37,300 nucleotides of DNA from a virus (taxonomy: Duplodnaviria; Heunggongvirae; Uroviricota; Caudoviricetes). This document shows, piece after piece, positions 27,736 to 36,310 of the stretch. The translations under genes and the position numbers were made by a program. Location of the stretch: IMG/VR virus record IMGVR_UViG_2925908680_000006. One strand, written 5' to 3'. Within the stretch, counting starts at the first letter, position 1. Every line of letters starts with the position of its first letter. Below the pieces are notes generated by a model. It worked only from the letters and a program-made list of their open reading frames with translations. It made no database searches and was not told the origin of the DNA.

Positions 27736-28695
27736 TTACTCCTTGTCCATTGCGTACAGCCCATTAACCAGAGCAAACTGTGGCACCCCGTCCGCGATGA
27801 AAGTCGCATTAACTCCGCAGGCTTCGCGGATAGCGGGTGCCACAATCTCCGCCCCTCCACCGACAACCATCACCCGCCCGTAACCCGAAAAACCCGCCAG
27901 CGCGCGGATCACGCGTTGTTTCAGTGTTTCTTCCTTTTCACGAATAACCTCCATCAGGCTGGCGTAATGCGCGTCATTGTGGATGTGCTGGCGCAGCCAG
28001 GCTTCATTATGGCGATGTTCGATAATGGTATTGGCGATGTGGTGACTGGTGCGCATACCGTTAGTGGCCATCACCGACAGTACGGCATCGGCCATCAGAG
28101 AAACGCCTACGTGTGGATCGCAAAACACCTGGCTGATACCTGCCAGTTGCCCCTGAACCTTTGCCACATCCAGCGTGGTTCCGCCCAAATCTACAATCAG
28201 CAGGGATTCAAACGGACTCATGTCAGCCAGTGCCTTAAAGCCAGCCGGAATGGATTCAGGCATAACCCGCACGTTACGGATAGTGAATGCTTCGCCGTTC
28301 TGGTACTCCACCGGGCGCATAACGTTCGCTTTTTTGCGGTTGATGTTGGCCATGTCCGGCTGTGCGTTTGTGTCGAAATACTCGCTCAGTGGCAGGGTGA
28401 CAACCACATCCACCTCCTGTGGCGTGATGCCTGATTTGACCAGCGCGTGATGAATGGCAATGACATTCACATCGCTGTACTGGTATTGCGTGTCGGTCGT
28501 CTGGACAAAGCGATCGCTGACCGGATCAAAACCATAGCGCACGCCATCAAGCATGTAGTTCGCGGGCTGCGTGCCACCAAACGGCGCAGACCATTCCGAC
28601 TTGAAGCTGTTCGGGCTGATGGCGTTGCGGCGTTCGCCGTTCTCAGTCCATGCCAGCTTGATGTTGGTGGAGCCGTCGTCGATACAAATTTTCAT
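27736..28695 (-). CDS. parM: ParM/StbA-like actin-type segregation ATPase
   Basis: 319 aa; IDDGSTNIKL, ISPNSF, YSDVNV.A.HHAL, VMPESIPAG, DLGGTTLD, VGGGAE are strongly similar to remembered R1 ParM. Confidence 0.9.
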   Translation of the reverse strand: MKICIDDGSTNIKLAWTENGERRNAISPNSFKSEWSAPFGGTQPANYMLDGVRYGFDPVSDRFVQTTDTQYQYSDVNVIAIHHALVKSGITPQEVDVVVTLPLSEYFDTNAQPDMANINRKKANVMRPVEYQNGEAFTIRNVRVMPESIPAGFKALADMSPFESLLIVDLGGTTLDVAKVQGQLAGISQVFCDPHVGVSLMADAVLSVMATNGMRTSHHIANTIIEHRHNEAWLRQHIHNDAHYASLMEVIREKEETLKQRVIRALAGFSGYGRVMVVGGGAEIVAPAIREACGVNATFIADGVPQFALVNGLYAMDKE

Positions 28696-28726
28696 GTCGC
28701 TTTTCCTTATGTTGATTAATTAATCG

Positions 28727-28838
28727 TTTACGGGATTCTAAAATCCCGTTTTTGCCTGTTTTGTGCGCGCTTCATATATCGCTGCGCGTTTTTTGCTCAT
28801 TTACGGGATTCGTGAGTCCCGTTTCTGTCTGTTTTTTG
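28727..28838. repeat. Two related palindromic repeats upstream of parM (parC-like candidate)
   Basis: tttacgggatt-ctaa-aatcccgt at 28727-28750 and tttacggga-ttcgtgag-tcccgt at 28800-28822, each followed by a T-rich ctgttttt segment; the second lies inside the 3' end of gene A. Confidence 0.5.
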
Positions 28839-31594
28839 TTTCCACTGGTCAGGCCACCCCGCAGCAGGTCTGCTTTGCGGCGGGCGCGTTCAGTGGTTTC
28901 ACTGATTCTCTGTGCGTGCTCTGCGTCGCGGATGGCGCGCAGCATGTCAGAAAGCACGGTAACGGGTGTTTTCATGGTGTTCTGGTCCTGCTGAAGTGTG
29001 GATGCCAGGCGTGCGGCGGCTTCAGGGTCTGATGCCCCCAGCTGTGCCAGATAGCTGGCGACCGGGTTATGGCGGATCTCCGTGCTGCTTACGCCGTGAT
29101 TACGGCTCAGGCGCTGCCAGAGCTGCGTGATTCGGCTGTCCGGGCGGGTATCCGGTTTGCGTACAATTTCAAATCCCTGCGGTGCAATGATGCTGCCGTC
29201 AACGTACAGACTGCCGCCCCGTAACAGGTGCTGCATCTGTTGTTCACCGATATGCAGGCCGAGAGATTCAGCAGACTCCCGCCATTCTTTAGCGAGTAAC
29301 TCGTGGTTATCAGGCAAAGGCCGCGGCTGTTTGCGGCTCTGTGTCCAGTTCTGCATTTCATCACTGTTGTTTTTTGCCTGTTTGTCACGCAGCGAACGCA
29401 TCAGCGCCCGGCGTTCGTGCCGTTTCAGTGAGTGCAGCCATTCGTTCACTTCAACACCGTCAGGGATCTGCGGCCACGGTGCTGGCCGTTCTTCCGGCTG
29501 TTCTGTCCCGTTGTTGTCCGTTTCCTGTACACGGGGACAGTTATTGCCACGAGTCCAAGGGGCGGCAGGGCCGCCCTGAAGGTCAAAACCATTTTCGCGG
29601 GCGCTGTCTTCCGCTTCCGGTTTACGTCTTACCAGCTTCCAGTTATCCGGGTGCGTGCACACGCGGGAAGACTCCCCGATGAGCGGCGACCAGATCCCGT
29701 AAATCTGTACACTCTGCTCGCCGTAATCGTTCAGCTCATCTGCGAGGTCGTAGGCGGTGCGAATCAGGTAGTCTTTACGTGGAACAAGTACGCCGCCCTG
29801 TTTTTCAATGTAGGAGGCAAAACACCCGGCATCAGCGGCAGCGAGTACCGCATCCATTGCATCATCCTTCAGCCGTTGCGGGCCTTCCGGGTTGCGTGCC
29901 ATCTGACAGGCAAGGCGGCGGAGTTCACGCCATACCTGACGGGAGGGGATGCCAAAGAACTGGAACTGGCGGACCCGATGAAGACGCGCCCAGCCAATGG
30001 CGCGCTCCACGCTCTCGGCCATTGATTTTCCGGTTTCGTGGTCAACGCGTGGCTTGCCCGTTTTCGGGTCGATGCCATCCACGGCGCGGCTGTCCAGGTT
30101 TTTTCCGATGTAGGTCGCGATATAGCTGGTTGGTGTGCCTTTTGAGCCGTCGACATACTCCGCCTTAAAGCGCGGAGTAATATCATCGCCCAGTTCGTGA
30201 CGATCTTCCTGAATGGCAATATCGCGGGTGATGGCCACGATGCTGTCGATTTCTTCCGGATGAGCAAAGACCATCATATGCCAGTGCACGGTGCCGTCAT
30301 GGTGAGGCTCCACCGTGCGGATGCCATACCAGCGCAGGCCGTCGCGGTTCAGTTTTTTGCGGACCGCCGCAAAAAACGTGTTAACCAGGTAATCGCTGGA
30401 GTCGCGCATGGTGGCCCCGTTCCATTTGGGGTTCGGATGACCGTTCTCCGTTGTTGCGTGGTATTTTGACGGGCAGGTGACAGTCAGAAACACCGCTTTG
30501 TCACCACGGGCTTCGGCCAGAAGTTCCAGCCCCTTCATGGTGGCCATCATTTCTGCCTTACGGTGAACCGGGTTACTTACTCCCGCGTAATACACTGTCT
30601 CGAGATCAATCGTGAACCCGTCTTCATTTTCCAGCATGAAACTTTTCAGGAAATCGCGTGTTTTCTCGCGCTGTGCGCGAAACTCGCTTAACGCGTCCTG
30701 GCTCAGATAGGGCGATGTTTTTCTGGAAACCAGACAGGCGGCGCGGAGTTGTTCTTCTCTCCACTCGCAACGTAACAGCCACAGTTTGCGTTTCCACCAT
30801 TCCGCACAGGTCAGGCGAAGGATTGCGCCCGGCAGCAGCTCCGTGTCCGGTTCGTTCCTCCGGTCTTTGTCTGTTGTCAGTGCGTCATAATGTGGAGGCA
30901 TGGCGTGCAGGTGTAACGCCATGCGGGCCAGCATCTGATACGCCTTCAGCGTTACATCCATGGTCAGTTCGCCATCGGTCGCGCCAAAGCCATCGCAGAG
31001 TTTTTCGAAGGTGCTGCTGAACATCGCCGCCGTCATGGTGGCCAGCGTCTGTATCTGGTGTTTGTTGAGCTGCGGCAGGTAAAGCAAATCGTCCAGGCGT
31101 TCGCGTCCGGCAAGGGAGCGATAACCCGGTGTCAGCCAGCGGTGATCGGTGCAGTCCAGACGTTCGAATATTTTGCGCAGGGTTCCGCGCGCGTAGCGTT
31201 CCGCCTGCCAGCTCTTTTTGCCTTTCTGACGATCGGCTTCCTGCTTCTTGCGCAGGAAGGAGAGGTGGCGAATAAGCGGATCGCGCAGATAGGACGGCAG
31301 CAGGCGCAGCGAGGCCATGGCTTCATCCACCGCGCCGCGTGCCTGTTTTCTGGCGTCTCCTGCCAGTGTGATGGTTTTGTCCTGTTTTTCCTGTGCGTCC
31401 AGGCTTTTATTAATCAGGTTGCCCAGCGGCGTGGCGGAGAACGCCGCATCAGCCATTTCCTGGCGGCGCTCGTTCTCTACCCGGTAGGCATCCAGCCAGG
31501 AGGAAAGCGCGGATTCAGGAGCGGGGATCTCCGTTCCTTCACGCCCCACTGCGTGGCGCGGTTGTTGCCAGTCCCTGATGTACTCTGCCGTCAT
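28772..31594 (-). CDS. A: Rolling-circle replication initiation endonuclease A
   Basis: 940 aa; HUH-type VHWHMMVF motif and the Y-containing TSYIATYIGKN segment as in the P2/186 A family. Confidence 0.88.
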   Translation of the reverse strand: MTAEYIRDWQQPRHAVGREGTEIPAPESALSSWLDAYRVENERRQEMADAAFSATPLGNLINKSLDAQEKQDKTITLAGDARKQARGAVDEAMASLRLLPSYLRDPLIRHLSFLRKKQEADRQKGKKSWQAERYARGTLRKIFERLDCTDHRWLTPGYRSLAGRERLDDLLYLPQLNKHQIQTLATMTAAMFSSTFEKLCDGFGATDGELTMDVTLKAYQMLARMALHLHAMPPHYDALTTDKDRRNEPDTELLPGAILRLTCAEWWKRKLWLLRCEWREEQLRAACLVSRKTSPYLSQDALSEFRAQREKTRDFLKSFMLENEDGFTIDLETVYYAGVSNPVHRKAEMMATMKGLELLAEARGDKAVFLTVTCPSKYHATTENGHPNPKWNGATMRDSSDYLVNTFFAAVRKKLNRDGLRWYGIRTVEPHHDGTVHWHMMVFAHPEEIDSIVAITRDIAIQEDRHELGDDITPRFKAEYVDGSKGTPTSYIATYIGKNLDSRAVDGIDPKTGKPRVDHETGKSMAESVERAIGWARLHRVRQFQFFGIPSRQVWRELRRLACQMARNPEGPQRLKDDAMDAVLAAADAGCFASYIEKQGGVLVPRKDYLIRTAYDLADELNDYGEQSVQIYGIWSPLIGESSRVCTHPDNWKLVRRKPEAEDSARENGFDLQGGPAAPWTRGNNCPRVQETDNNGTEQPEERPAPWPQIPDGVEVNEWLHSLKRHERRALMRSLRDKQAKNNSDEMQNWTQSRKQPRPLPDNHELLAKEWRESAESLGLHIGEQQMQHLLRGGSLYVDGSIIAPQGFEIVRKPDTRPDSRITQLWQRLSRNHGVSSTEIRHNPVASYLAQLGASDPEAAARLASTLQQDQNTMKTPVTVLSDMLRAIRDAEHAQRISETTERARRKADLLRGGLTSGNKKQTETGLTNPVNEQKTRSDI

Positions 31595-31600
31595 AGTGAT

Positions 31601-31966
31601 TTACTTCGTCATGCCATTCAGGGTGTCGCGGCAGACTGTAGCCAGCCTCTGAATTTCCAGCACGGTGTCTTCTGTGTCGGCATGGCGATGTGTGATGCGG
31701 ATGCTGTCGGCAATCACATCGACGATTGCAGAGGATGGGCGCTGGTAAATGCCAATAACGTACGGGGTGCCACCTTCAATGCGGTAAAGCCTGTAATTTC
31801 CCTCGTGGCTGTCAATCATGTAGCGACCATCAATAACAATCTTTCCGTCAGCGAGCTGCGGTACAGGCAGGGATTTCAGGTACATGTCATAACGTTCACG
31901 CACGCGAACGGCAAGATCACGCTCTGTGTTGAGCAGGTATTCAAGAAAGTCGTTGGCGAGAATCAT
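31601..31966 (-). CDS. Hypothetical early protein
   Basis: 121 aa ORF ending 6 nt before the A start. Confidence 0.55.
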   Translation of the reverse strand: MILANDFLEYLLNTERDLAVRVRERYDMYLKSLPVPQLADGKIVIDGRYMIDSHEGNYRLYRIEGGTPYVIGIYQRPSSAIVDVIADSIRITHRHADTEDTVLEIQRLATVCRDTLNGMTK

Positions 31967-32038
31967 TGCGGCAATCCTCTGGTTACAGATGTGCGAAGGC
32001 CTCCCGCCGCAAGGTGCAGGAAAGGCCCGGAACAGGAA

Positions 32039-32269
32039 TTAATGGAGTTTGTTTTGCTGCTGGATGAGCTGTTGAAGCTCGCGCAGATCATCCGCCAGAT
32101 AGCTGAAAACAGCGGATGAATAGAGGTTTGAAAGTTCGCAGCTACGCTCATGCAGCATATTGATGTGCATGATTTTAGCGACGCGGAATGCGCGGGAAAG
32201 TCTGCGGTTGATTTCAGTCTGGATGTGACGACGCTCCGCGATAGTGCGGTGCTGTTTGCGGTTTGCCAT
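32039..32269 (-). CDS. Hypothetical small basic protein
   Basis: 76 aa ORF downstream of the structured intergenic region. Confidence 0.5.
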   Translation of the reverse strand: MANRKQHRTIAERRHIQTEINRRLSRAFRVAKIMHINMLHERSCELSNLYSSAVFSYLADDLRELQQLIQQQNKLH

Positions 32270-32280
32270 GATATGTGGCC

Positions 32281-32500
32281 TCTTGTAGTAAGTTGTGAAA
32301 ACTCACCATCCAGAGCTGCGAAACTGTGGGTGGCGAGACGTACGAGGTTCGCAGTACCGGCTACAAGAGATCCCGGCCCGACCGAAGTCGGCCCCGTACG
32401 CCCCGCCATAATTCTGACGCGAAAAAAACGTGGCAATACAGTACGCACAAAAAAACCGCTGGCGCGGTTGTGCGCTCTTGTAGTCAGCAGGCTGCGAAAC
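32281..32500. promoter_or_regulatory. Intergenic region with three copies of a bipartite motif (ctcttgtag ... ctgcgaa), the middle copy inverted
   Basis: ctcttgtag at 32281 and 32474, ctacaagag at 32364; gctgcgaaac at 32315 and 32490, gttcgcag at 32347. Confidence 0.4.
32447..32469 (-). terminator. Candidate rho-independent terminator (minus strand)
   Basis: aaccgc-tggc-gcggtt hairpin with a run of 7-8 T immediately downstream on the minus strand. Confidence 0.4.
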
Positions 32501-32605
32501 CCGGCACCCGTTTTATGAGGTGCAGCGAAAATGTAACCTGACTGATTGCGGCATGGCAAGCGGTTTTTTTGTGAGAACGGCATACTAAAAAATCCTGATA
32601 CTGCT

Positions 32606-32630
32606 CCGGCCAGCGGTTTGCACTGGCCGG
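32606..32630 (-). terminator. Stem-loop just downstream of the SPFH gene
   Basis: ccggccag / ctggccgg 8-bp GC stem starting 7 nt after the stop; T-run is displaced. Confidence 0.4.
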
Positions 32631-32636
32631 GTGTCA

Positions 32637-33467
32637 TTACTTCACGGGAACGAACGGAACAGCGGTGTTACTGGTCATGTATTGCGGCAGCGTGCCGTTC
32701 CATTTGTTGATCGCTTCCAGCTCCATAACGCCGGGATTCTGGCGCAGAGCTTCACCGCGTAAACGAATGGCGTCGGCTTCAGCCTGGGCTTTTGTGCGAA
32801 TGGCATCAGCCTGTCCGGCAGCTTCTGCGCGCAACATGTTGGCTTCTGCTTCGCGTTGCTTGACTTCCTGTTCGCGTTGCAGGGTTTTCTGGTTTGCCGT
32901 GACTTTGGCGTTAATGCTGTCGATAACGGTTGGCGGATATTCCGGTTTACCGACATAAGAGAGGCTCATGACCTGAATACCGATGGGGGTCATCTCTTCC
33001 TGAATATCTTTAAGTGCTGAATCCAGCAGTTCAGACTTACCACCGTCGATAAACTTATCGGTGGTCATTTTGCTGGCCAGTCGGTTGAGTGCATCGGCGA
33101 TCTTCTGGCGCAGGTCAGTGTCGGTAATGTCGTCCACGCCTTTGCGGTAGGTCTGAAACACCGTGGTAACTTTGGATGGATCAACTTTGTAGGCCACGCC
33201 GATGTGATAGCCGATGGTTGTGCCGTCACTCATCTGGAAGCTGAACGGCTCATCGTAAGTCTTCATTTGTTTGAAGGTCGGGAAGATGTAAACCTCTGTA
33301 TTCCAGCCTGTCCAGTAGCGGCCAACGCCAACTACTTCGCCGACGCCTTTGTCGTCGCCCAGTTTGTTGACTTTGATGCCCACATTACCTGGCTCAACGC
33401 GATCGCAACCAACCAGCAGGATGGCGGCAAAAAGCGGGAGAATCTGAAATAGTCTGAATTTCTTCAT
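32637..33467 (-). CDS. SPFH/band-7 (prohibitin-like) family lipoprotein
   Basis: 276 aa; lipoprotein signal MKKFRLFQILPLFAAILLVGC; C-terminal Ala/Glu-rich coiled-coil typical of SPFH proteins. Confidence 0.7.
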   Translation of the reverse strand: MKKFRLFQILPLFAAILLVGCDRVEPGNVGIKVNKLGDDKGVGEVVGVGRYWTGWNTEVYIFPTFKQMKTYDEPFSFQMSDGTTIGYHIGVAYKVDPSKVTTVFQTYRKGVDDITDTDLRQKIADALNRLASKMTTDKFIDGGKSELLDSALKDIQEEMTPIGIQVMSLSYVGKPEYPPTVIDSINAKVTANQKTLQREQEVKQREAEANMLRAEAAGQADAIRTKAQAEADAIRLRGEALRQNPGVMELEAINKWNGTLPQYMTSNTAVPFVPVK

Positions 33468-33667
33468 TGTTTGATTTCCTTGATGTACTTACTGAAAAGG
33501 CGAACAACGCCTGCCGGGTACAGCATGGCAATGAAAATGCCCAGCAATACCAGGAAGGAGCTGTCTGATGAAATCATTCGGGGGAGTAGTCCTGCATACA
33601 GAATGAGAGAGACGAGGACGCATACCAGCGCCCACATGTATGCGCGAAACCAGGTCTTTTTGTTCAT
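33464..33667 (-). CDS. Small two-helix membrane protein, partner of the SPFH gene
   Basis: 67 aa, two hydrophobic segments; stop overlaps the SPFH start. Confidence 0.55.
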   Translation of the reverse strand: MNKKTWFRAYMWALVCVLVSLILYAGLLPRMISSDSSFLVLLGIFIAMLYPAGVVRLFSKYIKEIKQ

Positions 33668-33678
33668 ATCGCGGTCCT

Positions 33679-33978
33679 TTACTGGTTAAGGAAAAAATCA
33701 AAAACCTTGTCGATGCGTTGCAGTAGCTCTCGTTGCATTGCTTCCGGCGTTTCCGGTTCTCCTGGCGCCTCCAACGTCGCGCAGAAATCCTTGATTTCAT
33801 GATGGAGTGTCAGGCGAATGGCTGGAGCCATGGTTCTGACGTGCTCCAGCTCATCCAGCAGTGCCAGCACGGCAGATGGTGAGAGCATTGCGCGAAACGC
33901 CAGTAATTTTTGATGCGTTGCCATTCGTTGCAGGGCAAATGCCAGTTCGCGTAGTTCCTGGTAGTTGATGGTGCTCAT
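33679..33978 (-). CDS. Hypothetical early protein
   Basis: 99 aa ORF in the early operon. Confidence 0.5.
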   Translation of the reverse strand: MSTINYQELRELAFALQRMATHQKLLAFRAMLSPSAVLALLDELEHVRTMAPAIRLTLHHEIKDFCATLEAPGEPETPEAMQRELLQRIDKVFDFFLNQ

Positions 33979-34220
33979 GCTCTGGCTTCCTTCAGTAGTT
34001 GGTTAAACATGTTGGTAAGTGGATTGCCGCACCCGAACGGCATCGGGTTTATCTGGTAAGAAAAGCGACCGCCTGTTTTGCGCTCTTTTCTTATGACTGA
34101 ACCGCTGCGCCAGAGTCGGCGTAACTCCGCATTAATGGCTGTGGTTGGGGTATTCAGTGCTGCGGCGATTTCTCCACCGCTACAACCCGGATTGGCGGCG
34201 ATGTAGTCCAGAATGGTCAT
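33975..34220 (-). CDS. Putative winged-helix DNA-binding protein
   Basis: 81 aa; ...GCSGGEIAAALNTPTTAINAELRRLWRSGSVIRK... looks like a wHTH. Confidence 0.5.
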   Translation of the reverse strand: MTILDYIAANPGCSGGEIAAALNTPTTAINAELRRLWRSGSVIRKERKTGGRFSYQINPMPFGCGNPLTNMFNQLLKEARA

Positions 34221-34420
34221 CTGCGTGACTCCTGTACCTGTCTGATAAGATTCACCTGCACCACGTTGGTGGCGCAGAAGTAAGTGTCGTCAGTGAGATA
34301 AATGTGATGCGCGTCAGGTTGCGAACGGTGACGGTCGAGCGTTTTAATCAGCCGTTCGTCAACTTCGTATTCACGTCCTCTGGAAGTGAAACGAACGACG
34401 GTAAATCGCTTAATTGCCAT
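34217..34420 (-). CDS. Hypothetical early protein
   Basis: 67 aa ORF, translationally coupled to its neighbours. Confidence 0.45.
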   Translation of the reverse strand: MAIKRFTVVRFTSRGREYEVDERLIKTLDRHRSQPDAHHIYLTDDTYFCATNVVQVNLIRQVQESRR

Positions 34421-34494
34421 TGCGCCTCCTTGGCGTGTGCGAATACCTCCGCGAATGCGGATTGTTTTTACATTTTCTTATTTAACCTGTGGTT

Positions 34495-34620
34495 TTATTT
34501 GCTCTGTTTTTCGCCAGTGAAAAAGCGTTCAATCTTTTTTACTGAATGAATAATTCGCATAATCCCAATGGCGCAGGCCACCGAAATAATCAGAACAAGC
34601 CATGAGATAAATATACTCAT
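34495..34620 (-). CDS. Candidate 41-aa single-pass membrane peptide
   Basis: MSIFISWLVLIISVACAIGIMRIIHSVKKIERFFTGEKQSK; ATG overlaps the upstream gene stop (ATGA); below the ORF-track size cutoff. Confidence 0.4.
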   Translation of the reverse strand: MSIFISWLVLIISVACAIGIMRIIHSVKKIERFFTGEKQSK

Positions 34621-34859
34621 GCGATATTTCCCAGCTTATACGGTTCAATATGTTCCCCGCACTCTGCGGCACAGATCAGCTCGGAAAGTTCGTTAAGTGC
34701 ATCCAGATCATCAGCGTAAAAAGCGACGTCATACAAACTCCGGATTGCCCTGGTCAATGAGTCACGGGCTGCACGTTCAGCATGAGCGCCTGATGCACTT
34801 AAGCGAAAATAAAATCGTTCAAGTGCTTTGTTAATGAGAGTTTTATATTCTTTATCCAT
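34617..34859 (-). CDS. Hypothetical early protein
   Basis: 80 aa ORF in the early operon. Confidence 0.5.
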   Translation of the reverse strand: MDKEYKTLINKALERFYFRLSASGAHAERAARDSLTRAIRSLYDVAFYADDLDALNELSELICAAECGEHIEPYKLGNIA

Positions 34860-34870
34860 CGCAACGCCCT

Positions 34871-35149
34871 TTAATCTGCCTTTTGAATTTCAGCTTCTGA
34901 ATCCATGCAGATAATTTCGATATAGGGTTCATCGCCATTAACCTGACGTGCTTTTTCAGCTTCGCTAATAATTTCGCGCACGGTCTGGTACGGAAGTTCC
35001 ACAAACAATCGCGTGCCGTTCAGATAAAGGTAAGTAGCCACATCTTTTGCTGCCGGGACTACAGCATCAATAGCCGATGCACGTAATAACAGTTCACCGC
35101 GAAAATCAATAAAACGGATAAATACACCTTGTGCATGGTCTTTGGTCAT
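34871..35149 (-). CDS. Hypothetical early protein
   Basis: 92 aa from ATG at 35149. Confidence 0.5.
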   Translation of the reverse strand: MTKDHAQGVFIRFIDFRGELLLRASAIDAVVPAAKDVATYLYLNGTRLFVELPYQTVREIISEAEKARQVNGDEPYIEIICMDSEAEIQKAD

Positions 35150-35159
35150 AAAGCACCTG

Positions 35160-35501
35160 TTATAAATCAGCCTGTTTAATAAAACTTTGCCCGCGAAGCA
35201 GACGATCAACCGTGCGAAGTGCTTCGTATAATGTGAAATCCTGCCCGAACTGATTGTCGCCACTGCTTAGAGCAAAAATGCGGTTTCCGGTAAACGGATT
35301 GCGTGGGCATTTGTGAACCACGATTCCAGCTTTCTCAATCAGCCAGGCATGCTCGCCGATTTGTTTTACTGGGTAGCCATCCGGCGTTGCGTGTGTATCA
35401 CTCAGGCTGTAGCGGATGTTGCTGCGTGATGCACTGGTAGCGAAACGGTTAGCGTGGCGTTCAGCACCATTACGAAAGCGTGAATTACGTTGCTGTTTCA
35501 T
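35160..35501 (-). CDS. Hypothetical early protein
   Basis: 113 aa ORF immediately downstream of cox. Confidence 0.5.
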   Translation of the reverse strand: MKQQRNSRFRNGAERHANRFATSASRSNIRYSLSDTHATPDGYPVKQIGEHAWLIEKAGIVVHKCPRNPFTGNRIFALSSGDNQFGQDFTLYEALRTVDRLLRGQSFIKQADL

Positions 35502-35519
35502 ATCAAAACTCCCTGCATC

Positions 35520-35846
35520 TCATGCAGCAAAATTAAGGAAGCCTAATCCCAAATCTTCCGCCAGCTTCTTGGCTTTCTTAAGCCAGTGATTGCGCCAATC
35601 TTTACGCTCAGGAGGAAGCTGTTTCGTTGCGTCATAGACCATTTCGAGCCACTCATTCCAAAGGATGAGAAGACGGCGCGAACTCCCTTCCTCGCCTAAA
35701 ACCTCGCGCTCAGTAGTTAGAGGGATGAGTCGACGCTCTACCAACTTTCTTACGGCTGATTCGGTCTTACCTGTGCGGCGGGAAAACTCATCGACGGTGA
35801 TGGGGTCTGGGATCTTAAACAATGCCCTCAATAGTTCTTCATTCAT
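35520..35846 (-). CDS. cox: Cox-like excisionase/early regulator
   Basis: 108 aa from ATG at 35846; I.V.EF...GK...AVR....R..IP and a C-terminal W...LGLG parallel remembered P2 Cox; divergent from C. Confidence 0.7.
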   Translation of the reverse strand: MNEELLRALFKIPDPITVDEFSRRTGKTESAVRKLVERRLIPLTTEREVLGEEGSSRRLLILWNEWLEMVYDATKQLPPERKDWRNHWLKKAKKLAEDLGLGFLNFAA

Positions 35847-35941
35847 GTGATAATCTCCCTGTTTGGGGTATTTCTTGCGACGGATGCCCCAAATCAAACT
35901 CATTTGTATAAACATTAATACAGACGTTGGAGAATTGCAAC
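35847..35941. promoter_or_regulatory. Immunity switch region (early and repressor promoters/operators) between cox and C
   Basis: About 95 bp between divergent cox and C starts; contains inverted repeat tttgggg ... ccccaaa. Confidence 0.5.
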
Positions 35942-36244
35942 ATGCGTATGACTATTGGAGAGCGCATAAAAATCATGCGTGAAAGCGAGAGACTTACTAG
36001 CCTCCCGGATACAGCAAAAATGCTTGGTTTAAACCGTGATGCTCTGTGGAGATATGAAAGCGGTAAAACTATCCCTAATGCTGAAGTAATTGAGCAAATA
36101 CTAAACAACCCCAGATTTGAGAAATATGCGTTGTGGTTTATGACTGGAAAAATTGCGCCTGAATCCGGGCAGATAGCTCCGGCTCTCGCACACTATGGGC
36201 AAGAGCCAACGGACTTACCCCCATCCGAAAGGAAAATTGGTTAA
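35942..36244 (+). CDS. C: Immunity repressor C (P2 C type)
   Basis: C-terminal FEKYALWFMTGKIAPESGQIAPALAHYGQ is near-identical to remembered P2 C; N-terminal HTH. Confidence 0.9.
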   Translation: MRMTIGERIKIMRESERLTSLPDTAKMLGLNRDALWRYESGKTIPNAEVIEQILNNPRFEKYALWFMTGKIAPESGQIAPALAHYGQEPTDLPPSERKIG

Positions 36245-36310
36245 CCCTTTATTATTCTTACGTTTTACAAACTGGAAATGTCTTTCCTCGTTTCACCGGA
36301 GGGCTTGCCA

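Noticed and set aside
31058-32119. 353-aa plus-strand ORF overlapping the start of gene A and two early genes
   Set aside because: Antisense to three translationally coupled early genes including the HUH replication initiator; no supporting start context
32270-32640. Possible retron ncRNA (msr/msd) because of nested inverted repeats
   Set aside because: No reverse transcriptase gene anywhere nearby; flanking genes are an SPFH protein and small early ORFs
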